Below are positions 48,330-58,856 of a stretch of DNA of 64,000 bases, one piece after another; within the stretch, counting starts at the first letter, position 1; each line of letters starts with the position of its first letter. A model generated the notes under the pieces. The model was not told where the DNA came from, made no database searches, and was given only the letters and a program-made list of their open reading frames with translations. Source of the DNA: Macrostomum lignano. Lineage: Eukaryota. The DNA lies in NCBI GenBank assembly GCA_002269645.1, contig NIVC01001494.1:124001-188000 (forward strand). Direction: 5' to 3'. Both the position numbers and the translations under genes were made by a program.

Positions 48330-49000
48330 CATCACTCCAGCTGAGACCCTGTCAATCTGACATCACTCCAGCTGAGACCCTGACAATCTGATATCACTCC
48401 AGCTGAGACCCTGACAATCTGATATCACTCCAGCTGAGACCCTGACAATCTGACATCACTCCAGCTGAGACCCTGTCAATCTGACATCACTCCAGCTGAG
48501 ACCCAGACAATCTGATATCACTCCAGCTGAGACCCTGACAATCTGACATCACTCCAACTGAGACCCTGTCAATCTGACATCACTTCAGCTGGGACCCTGA
48601 CATCACTCCAGCTGAGACCCTGACATCACTCCAGCTGGGACCCTGACATCACTGCAGCTGGGACCCTGACATCACTCCAGCTGAGACCCTGACATCACTC
48701 CAGCTGGGACCCTGACATCACTCTAGCTGAAACTCATTTGAAAATCCTGGAACTCATCTGGAGATCCTGAACTCATCTGGAGATCCTGAACTCATCTGGA
48801 GATCCTGAACTCATCTGGAGATCCTGAACTCATCTGGAGATCCTGAACTCATCTAGAGATCCTGAACTCATCTAGAGATCCTGAACTCATCTGGAGATCC
48901 TGGAACTCATCTGGAGATCCTGAACTCATCTGGAGATCCTGAACTCATCTGGAGATCCTGAACTCATCTGGAGATCCTGAACTCATCTGGAGATCCTGAA
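48330..49000. repeat. Adjacent 31/22-bp (CATCACTCCAGCTGAGACCCTGA...) and 19-bp (GAACTCATCTGGAGATCCT) minisatellites
   Basis: Tandem copies. Confidence 0.93.
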
Positions 49001-49635
49001 CAGCTAAGCTAGTTAAGTTAGTTTATTAACCGAAACTCACCTCATTATGAGCAGCATTTTCAGTGCAGGAAGTCGTTTCTTTGACTGTTTTCGACCCTTC
49101 TGTCTGGCTGTCTGACTGACTGTCTAGCTGTCCAGACAATGAATAAGCTTTAGTCATACAATTTCCACTGAGCTCCTTTCAGTACTCTACAGAGGGCAGG
49201 GGGATCCGCCTGCTCTTCTAAAGAATAAGGAAAATGGCTGGCTGCCCACAGTGCCCTGGGTGATAATAAGTTTCCCCTGTGTGGGAATACGGGCCTTGGG
49301 CTGCCGCTCCCCATCTGCGTCATTGGCTGGCTGGTTCCTTGGGATACGGGGAGGCCTGAGTTTATAATATCCCATCTGCCAACCCCACACACCGCCTCCC
49401 CTCCCATTGCCCTCAGTGTTGTCTTGTGTGTCCCATCAAAGCCTGAGTCAATTTAGCGGACAAGCCCCGGCAGGACTTCTCGGCCGCCAGCTCAACTTTT
49501 TAGGCTAATTTTATTGATAGGCACCGGCCGTGCGGGACAGCTGGGAGAATCAGCTGGGGATGGGCCGGCGGCTCACTTAGAGAGGCAGCTGCTGGGGAAA
49601 CCCGCCTGTAGGCTGTTGAAGCTGATGCGATTTTC

Positions 49636-51190
49636 TTTACCGGCACTTTACCGACACTTTACCGGCACCTTACCGACACTTTACCGACACTTTCCCGACA
49701 CTTTACCGACACTTTACCGACACTTTACCGACACTTTACCGGCACCTTACCGACACTTTACCGACACTTTACCGGCACCTTACCGACACTTTACCGACAC
49801 TTTACCGGAACTTTACCGACACTTTACCGGCACTTTACCGGAACTTTACCGACACTTGACCGGCACTTTACCGACACTTTACTGTAGTGAGCCGCTAGTT
49901 TATTGTTAGGCGTCGCCCTTGTCAGCCGCTCCCTTGCCCTCCCTTTGGGTTGCTGTCTGCCGCTGGTCAGCTTCCCGTCCCTTTTTCGTTTGCCTGTTGC
50001 CCCCCCGTGTCCCTTTCCGCCCTGTTGCGTCTCCGTTCTCAGCCCTCAGTCTCTCGACTGTGGGCTGTCACTGTTTCGCTTCCATCCTGTTCCTCTGTCA
50101 TGTGAGCAAGTCACATGACAGCTACTGCGTTCTTTGAGTCTTAAAGTGCAGTAAACATGTTTACTGCACTCGTTGGCCCTGTTTACCGGGTGAGTCACAT
50201 GCTTTCGGACCCCTCCCTTTTCTAAGGAGAGGAGTGACTCATGTTGCTAAAAATAGCAACTGAGTCACAGCCATGTGTACTCTGCCGGGGACCCTCAAGT
50301 GACGTCAGTTCTAAAAATAGAACAAGTCACGAGGTCTTCCGCGCGCCTGTACCCTGCCCGAGACTCTCGAGTGACGTCAGTTCTAAAAATAGAACAAGTC
50401 ACGAGGTCTGGAGCGTGGGAATTTCCCGGCTATAAATAGGAGCCCTCTCCCCCTTGTTTCCGTCAAGGAGTCTTCCTTCTGTTCAACCTCGAGTTCTACG
50501 TCCGCGTGTGACTGAGTCCCGAGTGTCCGAATCTTTGCGCACATTGATTCTGTTCCTATTGCTCCGACTGAGACCTGACCAAAACCAACCCAAGTTTACG
50601 AGAGGCTAACTCCGCCCTCCCTGTACCATCCAAGCCCGGCAGGTGCTGCTGACGAGACGCCTTATACGTGAGCTGCAAATCTGCACGTCGTGCTGTGTTC
50701 GTTGACTTCATTATTTCGTTCCGACGGGAAGCTCACCTCACCGAAGGCCGAGACCTGAAGGAACTGGTGGCAGCACTACCTACGCTACTGAGAAAGTTGA
50801 GAGAACTTCCCACTGAAGAGGCCCGAGTCTGAAGGTAATCCGCAAGGGCCGAAACCGGGAAGAAACCCCATTGTACTTCATTACCGACACTTTACCGACA
50901 CTTTACCGGAACTTTACCGACACTTTACCGGCACTTTACCGGAACTTTACCGACACTTGACCGGCACTTTACCGACACTTTACCGACACTTTACCGACAC
51001 TTTACCGGAACTTTACCGACACTTTACCGGCACTTTACCGGCACCTTACTGGCACCTTACCGACACTTTACCGACACTTTACCGGCACTTTACCGACACT
51101 TTACCGACACTTTACCGACACCTTACCGACACTTTACCGACACTTAACCGGCACTTTACCGGCACTTTACCGATCCGCAGACACTTTACC
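49636..51190. repeat. 12-bp minisatellite CCGACACTTTAC split by the solo LTR
   Basis: The same unit occurs at 49636-49882 and 50881-51190. Confidence 0.94.
49883..50880 (+). mobile_element. Solo LTR (998 bp), probably Ty3/gypsy-type
   Basis: TGTAGT...ACTTCA termini, a 4-bp TSD TTAC (49879-82 and 50881-84), TATAAATA at 50431 and an internal enhancer duplication. It interrupts a 12-bp minisatellite and has no ORF. Confidence 0.85.
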
Positions 51191-51519
51191 ATTCAATCGA
51201 TTGCGCACTTATTTTGACCTTCAAGCTTCTCGGCCAGACCTCGACTGACTGCTAAGCCGCGTGTTGCCCCCCCCCCACCTGCTGGGAAAGTGCAGCTCGG
51301 CAAAAGGCAGCTGATAAGCCGAACCCGTGGCTGTCTGGGAGACAGACAGATAAAGCGTTACGAACCGAAATCTCAGCTTCCTTGATCCCGCTATCTGCTG
51401 CATCCAGGGTGCATCATCTGACAGGCCTCCGGCCCGCTGCTTGCAACTCTTCCGGCTTTGTTTAATTGCTGCGGGCTGCGGCCTGTCAAGCCCGTCTTCT
51501 CCGCCGCTGAACCGCGTAA

Positions 51520-51551
<32 letters not shown>

Positions 51552-51779
51552 TCCGCCGCTGCCTTCGCCACTTTCTCGTCTTGACTCGTTTTAGTCGCTG
51601 TAAACAACTTGGGAGATGCCAGTCACGGCTTGGGGGGGGGGCATTGCATCGCCTCTGGGAGGCTGCCAGCGCCAGCACCACTTCAAGTCCAGCCAGCTTC
51701 ATTCGCAGCCAGTGCCCGTCAAAGGACCCGGCTGGCGGCCTTTTTGGCCGGATCAGCGAAATCCCAACTTTCTCTTCCT

Positions 51780-52268
51780 CTCCTCTCCCCGCTCTCTCCC
51801 GCTCTTCCTCTCCTCTCCTCCGCTCTCTCCCGCTCTTCCTCTCCTCTCCTCCGCTCTCTCCCGCTCTTCCTCTCCTCTCCTCCGCTCTCTCCCGCTCTCT
51901 CTCTCCTCTCCTCCGCTCTCTCCCGCTCTCTCTCTCCTCTCCTCCGCTCTCTCCCGCTCTCTCTCTCTCCTCTCCTCCGCTCTCTCCCGCTCTCTCTCTC
52001 CTCTCCTCCGCTCTCTCCCGCTCTCTCTCTCCTCTCCTCCGCTCTCTCCCGCTCTCTCTCTCCTCTCCTCCGCTCTCTCCCGCTGTACCTCTCCTCTCCT
52101 CCGCTCTCTCCCGCTTTCCTCTCCTCTCCTCCGCTCTCTCCCGCTCTCTCTCTCCTCTCCTCCGCTCTCTCCCGCTCTCTCTCTCCTCTCCTCCGCTCTC
52201 TCCCGCTTTCCTCTCCTCTCCTCCGCTCTCTCCCGCTCTCTCTCTCTCTCTCCTCTCCTCCGCTCTCC
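51780..52268. repeat. CT-rich minisatellite CTCTCCTCTCCTCCGCTCTCTCCCG
   Basis: Tandem copies of variable length. Confidence 0.93.
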
Positions 52269-52716
52269 CTCCCAAGGACTAAATTCACCTCCGCCCGCTG
52301 TCACCCAGAGCATTTAGCGCATTTTCTAACCAACCCAGCATTGCAGAGGCCAGTGGTGATCCGCTGACACAAAATATATGAATACTTGCTCAAGTTGTCT
52401 TTTTTGATACAGACAGGCAAAAAACAATTTAATACAAGTAGGGCTGTCAGAGACTGCAGATGCACTCCACCCCCCCCCACTGCTTCTCCTGCCCGCCTTA
52501 CCCACCTGTCGCAGCAGCCGCAGTTCATATTTCGCTCTGATTTCCACGAACTCTTCATTTCTTCTCATTGTTGGAGCGCCCGGCCACGAGAGCAGCGGCC
52601 CCACCCCCGGCGGGCGCCGTGGCCATAAATTCCGAACCTCTCCGGCCCCTCTTCTCACCATCCAGCGCGGTAAAAGCTGACTAGAATTACCCACTAGTAC
52701 GTGACATTTTTCTAGA

Positions 52717-53094
52717 ATGTGCCCGTCCAAGGACAGCAGCGAGAACGACTGCTGCGGCTGCTGCCCGAGGCGGCGTTGCCTGCTGGGGATGCTGATCGGC
52801 TCCATCTTCATCACCGTGCTCAGCATCATCCTGCTAGTCGTGGACCTCAACACCAGCGCCCTGGGCGGCATTGGCGGCTATGTCATGTTGGGCGTCTCCT
52901 TGGTGATGGCGATTGCCATGTTAACAGTCACCGTGGTGGCCTACAAGCCGGACGCCTGCCCCAACTGCTGCCGCGGGGGCGACAGCCAGACCTGGCCGGC
53001 AACAGAGTCCCAGGCCGGGCGCACTCGCCAAGCCAGGGCGGCGCCGGTGCAGCGGAAGGGCGGCGAGGCCGGCGGCTACCCGCCCAGGTGGTGA
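52717..53094 (+). CDS. Small membrane protein with two TM helices and Cys-rich flanks, unknown family
   Basis: 125-aa ORF with GC3-rich codons, two hydrophobic segments (CLLGMLIGSIFITVLSIILLVV; GGYVMLGVSLVMAIAMLTVTVVAY), CCGCC and CPNCC clusters, and an acceptor-like tttttctag just before the ATG. The 3' end could be spliced. Confidence 0.65.
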   Translation: MCPSKDSSENDCCGCCPRRRCLLGMLIGSIFITVLSIILLVVDLNTSALGGIGGYVMLGVSLVMAIAMLTVTVVAYKPDACPNCCRGGDSQTWPATESQAGRTRQARAAPVQRKGGEAGGYPPRW

Positions 53095-53104
53095 CGGCCC
53101 GTGT

Positions 53105-53525
53105 CTGTCCATCTCTGCCTGTCCATCTCTGCCTGTCCATCTCTGCCTGTCCATCTCTGCCTGTCCATCTCTGCCTGTCCATCTCTGCCTGTCCATCTCT
53201 GCCTGTCCATCTCTGCCTGTCCATCTCTGCCTGTCCATCTCTGCCTGTCCATCTCTGCCTGTCCATCTCTGCCTGTCCATCTCTGCCTGTCCATCTCTGC
53301 CTGTCCATCTCTGCCTGTCCATCTCTGCCTGTCCATCTCTGCCTGTCCATCTCTGCCTGTCCATCTCTGCCTGTCCATCTCTGCCTGTCCATCTCTGCCT
53401 GTCCATCTCTGCCTGTCCATCTCTGCCTGTCCATCTCTGCCTGTCCATCTCTGCCTGTCCATCTCTGCCTGTCCATCCCTGCCTGTCCATCTCTACCTGT
53501 CCATTTCTGCCTGTCTGTCTGTATC

Positions 53526-53590
<65 letters not shown>
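53105..53590. repeat. 14-bp CCATCTCTGCCTGT array followed by (CTGT)n
   Basis: Reverse complement of the 42896-43392 unit. Confidence 0.95.
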
Positions 53591-53596
<6 letters not shown>

Positions 53597-54829
53597 GTCT
53601 GTACAAACTATCAATTTGTCGAGCTCTGTTATCTCACACAACCTACCGTTTGGTCAACAGACTGACCGCATGCACCTGTAGTGCAATATGCTGTACAAAA
53701 TCCGCACAGTTATTGAGCTGTTATCCAACTATTCTGTCCTTCGGCAAATATTTTCAAAGAGCTCCACGTACTTGTAATTTACTCCCACAAACCTTGCATA
53801 CAAGCATTTTGGCTAAATTCTGGCTAAATTCGAGGTAAAAAATTATGAAACAATTTTTCCTGCTCTTTAAACCGCTTTTCGATAGATACTACTGAGTAAT
53901 GCTAGTAGTCACCAATGATTAAACACCTGGTACTTTCGTTCAGGAAAAGTCAGGACTAATTATTATTAGAAATGAATTTAAATTAAAACGAATGGATACT
54001 GTGCTGCCCAGCTATGCAATTATGACACACTGGCTTGTCAATAACCGGCCAGTGCTGCAGGGATAATTGCAGGCTTAGCGCCCCCCGGCAACAGCACCTG
54101 GGACCGGGTGGGGGCACCGGCACCTCCCAGGCCGCTCAACTGGAAGATTCGGGGGGCGGCCTCCATAACTCCGGGTGGGCGGGGGCGCCCGTGTCTCCCG
54201 CTGGCTGTGGCTCAAAATAAAACTGGGGTTTTGACACGCGGACTGGCGCGCAACACGCAGCAGGCTCAATGGATTTGAGCTGTGCTCAAGCGAGAGTTAA
54301 TCGAGTCGTGAAGATCTCGGACAATGCGATGGGGCGGGCAGATTAGAATTAGTGATAAACACGGGCTGCAAAGCTGGCCAAGTGAGCACCCCAGATGCAT
54401 AATGCATGGCCTGGGCCCCCCAGGTCATTATGCAACACAGGGCAATTCGGGCATAAGCCCTGGAGAGGAGCGGGCAGAGAAACAAAAGCTGAGGGGTGAA
54501 ATGGGGGCGGCTTTATGGGCCGGGCATTCATGACAATCAAATGAGGTTTGAGGCAGCTCAGACAAAGTCTCCGCTGTCATGAGCAGGCAGGGAAAGCATG
54601 AAGTCACTGGGAGGGGGCACGCGGCCAGGTGATTAGAAAAAGCAGTCAATAAAGCAAACATTGCTATGAAAGCAGGGAAATAAAATACAAGAGAAGTTTG
54701 TCGTAAAAGCTTTGGCATGCGCGCAAGCACATGGAGCAGCCGGGGTTCCGCAAGATTTGAAAAGCCACTGAGAAGACAAGGAAGTGGCGGATGAAGCAGG
54801 GCTGGGGTGGCTCGATGAGAAAGGATGGA

Positions 54830-55740
54830 CAGATTAGAGAAGATTGGGAGATGAGAGAGGATGGGGGGATGAGAGAGGATGGGGAGATGAGAGAGGATGG
54901 GGAGATGAGAGAGGATGGGGGGATGAGAGAGGATGGGGGGATGAGAGAGGATGGGGGGATGAGAGAGGATGGGGAGATGAGAGAGGATGCAGAGACGAGA
55001 GATGATGGAGAGATGAGAGAGGATGGGGAGATGAGAGAGGATGGGAAGATAAGAGAGGATGCAGAGACGAGAGATGATGGGGAGATGAGAGAAGATGGGG
55101 AAATGAGAGAGGATGCAGAGACGAGAGATGATGGGGAGATTAAAGAAGATGGGGAAATGAGAGAGGATGCAGAGACGAGAGATGATGGAGAGATGAGAGA
55201 GGATGGAGAGATGAGAGAGGATGCAGAGACGAGAGATGATAGAGAGATGAGAGAGGATGGAGAGATGAGAGAGGATGCAGAGAGTGAGCTGCAGAGGCAG
55301 GTGAGCAGGCACACAGAGTGAGCTGCAGATGCAGGTGAGCAGGCACATAGGGTGAGCTGCAGATGCAGATGAGGAGGCACACAGAGTGAGCTGCAGAGGC
55401 AGGTGAGCAGGCACAGAGTGAGCTGCAGATGCAGATGAGGAGGTACACAGAGTGAGCTGCGAGGCAGGTGAGCAGGCACAGAGTGAGCTGCAGAGGCAAG
55501 TGAGCAGGCACAGAGTGAGCTGCAGAGGCAGATGAGGAGGCACAGAGTGAGCTGCAGAGGCAGGTGAGCAGGCACAGAGTGAGCTGCAGAGGCAGATGAG
55601 GAGGCACAGAGTGAGCTGCAGAGGCAAGTGAGCAGGCACACAGAGTGAGCTGGAGAGGCAGGTGAGCAGGCACAGAGTGAGCTGCAGAGGCAGATGAGGA
55701 GGCACAGAGTGAGCTGCAGATGCAGATGAGGAGGCACACA
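54830..55740. repeat. Two purine-rich arrays (GATGAGAGAGGATGGGG; GAGTGAGCTGCAGAGGCAGGTGAGCAGGCACA)
   Basis: Tandem copies. Confidence 0.92.
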
Positions 55741-56895
55741 GAGGCGGCAATCATCAAACAAGCTACAGAAGTGCCAGCAGGGCCAAGCGAAATATAATCG
55801 GCCACCGTGTCAGCGATAATTTAGCGCCGATAAAGAGGCGGAGCCGGCCAGCCGGCAGAGGCAGATAAGAGCCTAATTAACTATTCTGGCTTGGCAGCTT
55901 TCAGCCTTCTCGGAACAGGAGCCATGGAATACTATCAGGAGCAGGATCTGGGTGCCGGTCTCCTTGGCCATTCCGGCAGTTTATCTACTGGTCGGAGGCG
56001 CCTGAAATGCACGGGCTGGTTTTTCTGGATGCAACGTCACCGCCTCCATGTGGCAGCGGAGGCCGTTGCCAGGCGCTGGGGGGGGGGGCGATTAACACAC
56101 GCGGCACTGTCCTGTCCAAACCTGCTCAAGCTTTCTCAATTTCCCCTGTGCGCTTTCTCGATCGCCTATCGGATTTCCGAACCGCTGATTGCTCAAGCGG
56201 GAGGCTGGAGATGTGGGGGGGAGCAGGGGTGAACAAAGGGTCTCTGGCAAACATTCGAGGATAGTCCATGAGATCCGTGGGACCCGGCCGGCTCCGCCAC
56301 CTCACGCGTGGAAATGAAATCGCCTTGAGAAGCTCGGGCGCCGCCGCACTGTTTGAAGCCGCCGGCCGCCAGCCCCTAAAAGTGTTGCAGCAAAAAGCGC
56401 GCGGCGCCCCCCCCCAGCCCGGAGCCCGGCAGCTGTGCCGAAATTGCCATCGATTTTGCTTGCGCTTTTTCTCTCCCTCTCTGCTGTCTCTCACCTGCTG
56501 TCTCTGCCGGCAGCCCCGGCCCGGAGTTGCCACCTGGGCGTGTCAGAATCGCCTTCATCACCTGCCGTTGCCACCCGCCCAGAAGGCCTGCATCCCGCAT
56601 CTGGGATTCATCCGAGCAAAGTTGTCACGACACCCCTGCTGCAGCTGGGGAGTTTTTTCAGCCCGCTGAGATGGGAGAATCGAAATGAGGCGGCAGCGGC
56701 GGCGAGGACACTTAGCAGAGCCAGCCAGCCGGGTGGCGGATGGCGTGACTTCCATGGCCGCAGCTCCCGGGTTCCGGGGGGGGGGGGGGGCAGAGACTGG
56801 GAAGAGGAAGGTGAGAGCCTCAGATTGCCCGGCCTGCTGGCCGAATGTGAGCTGCTGAGACTCAGAGCTGCCAGTCTTGTGAGTCTGATGGCATT

Positions 56896-57960
56896 CTGAA
56901 TGCTCCCACCAGTCCCTGAATGCTCCCACCAGTCCCTGAATGCTCCCACCAGTCTCTGAATGGTCCCACCAGTCCCTGAATGTTCCCACCAGTCCCTGAA
57001 TGCTCCCACCAGTCCCTGAATGCTCCCACCAGTCCCTGAATGTTCCCACCAGTCCCTGAATGCTCCCACCAGTCCCTGAATGTTCCCACCAGTCCCTGAA
57101 TGCTCCCACCAGTCCCTGAATACTCCCACCAGTCCCTGAATGCTCCCACCAGTCCCTGAATTCTCCCACCAGTCTCTGAAAGCACCCATGTTTTTTCGGG
57201 AGAATTTATGAATCTTAAAACATATTTTACTTTCTGTATTGTTTTGAGGGCTTTCGCATCATCAGAAGCTGTCCGGGAACCAAAGAAGATGTCCGGGATA
57301 CATAGAAGCTTTGCGGGAACTATAGAGGCTTTGTGGGAACCATATAGAGGCTTTGGGGGAACCATATAGAGGCTTTGGGGGAACCATATAGAGGCTTTGG
57401 GGGAACCATATAGAGGCTTTGGGGGAACCATAGAGGCTTTGGGGGAACCATAGAGGCTTTGGGGGAACCATAGAGGCTTTGGGGGAACCATATAGAGGCT
57501 TTGGGGGAACCATATAGAGGCTTTGGGGGAACCATAGAGGCTTTGGGGGAACCATAGAGGCTTTGGGGGAACCATAGAGGCTTTGGGGGAACCATAGAGG
57601 CTTTGGGGGAACCATAGAGGCTTTGGGGGAACCATATAGAGGCTTTGGGGGAACCATATAGAGGCTTTGGGGGAACCATAGAGGCTTTGGGGGAACCATA
57701 GAGGCTTTGGGGGAGCCATAGAGGCTTTGGGGGAACCATAGAGGCTTTGGAGGAACCATAGAGGCTTTGGGGGAACCATATAGAGGCTTTGGAGGAACCA
57801 TAGAAGCTGTCCGGAGACCATAGAAGCTGTCCGGAGACCATAGAAGCTGTCCGGAGACCATAGAAGCTGTCCGGGGACCATAGAAGCTGTCCGGAGACCA
57901 TAGAAGCTGTCCGGGAATCATCAAAGCTGACCGGGATCATCGAAGCTGTCCGGGGACCAA
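56896..57960. repeat. 20-bp ATGCTCCCACCAGTCCCTGA array (56896-57180) and 20-22-bp GGCTTTGGGGGAACCATAGA / GAAGCTGTCCGGAGACCATA arrays (57330-57960)
   Basis: Tandem copies. Confidence 0.93.
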
Positions 57961-58856
57961 AGAAGCTGTCTTTAAATCACAGAATTCGTCCGTAAATCAC
58001 TGAGTCAGTAGGATGTGGTTCGATTCTTATCCACCTCAGTTTGGTTTTTAAAAAAATCGATTCCTAGCACCCACGGGAATGACCAGTGGGTGAAGCTTCA
58101 AAGCTTTCGTGCGGCAAATCCCAAGGAAGCTGGACCCGTCATCTAAGATGTGTAGCTGTGACAGACCGGCCTCCACTCTCCACTCCCAGCCTGACCACCC
58201 CGATAAATCAATTCCAGTCAGGACCCGCCGAACCCAGCGGGTTTCAGTTGAGCTTCAAAAAAATTCACTCCGTAAGTTTTTATAGTGTTAGCTTTGATAT
58301 CAGATAGAATGCTCAACAAGGGACGCACATCGAATACTAGATTCCGACAAAGTTTTATTGAATTGTAATGTAATCATATATAATTTATTAGCGCAGATAA
58401 AATGTCATCATATTACCGCTAATATGAAGGTGCGGCAGCTCCACTCACTCGACCGTGTCAGACAAAGACGACAACACAAAGACATGCGCCATGCTGCTGG
58501 GGCGCAGTTCACCGCCCGCATGGCGCTCGCCGGCTTCAAAATCAAAGCCAAAACTGACACGACAACGAATAAGCGACAGCAGAGAAGGAATTGCTCGAAA
58601 GAGTTACAGTAGAAACAATCAACATCAATGCATCAGAAAAGACCTGCTCTACAGCTGAGCTGGGCGCGCCCACGGCTCTGTGTGTACTCGGCAGTGCAGC
58701 CATGGCAATAGGAGAGCTTTGCGAATGAGGGGATTAGGGACTCATTTACGACGTTAACAACACAAGGGACCAGCTGTTCAAACAGTATGTACACGAACAC
58801 CAATGCAGATACTGACTAGTTTGCTTCCAAAGCTGACAGTCGCGGAGTGCGCGGCC

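Noticed and set aside
51221-52367. Poly-Ala/Gln and Glu/Arg-rich ORFs
   Set aside because: They derive from a CTG run and a CT minisatellite, without coherent splice structure.
54428-57940. Several ORFs of 200-440 aa
   Set aside because: All derive from purine-rich and 20-22-bp minisatellites.
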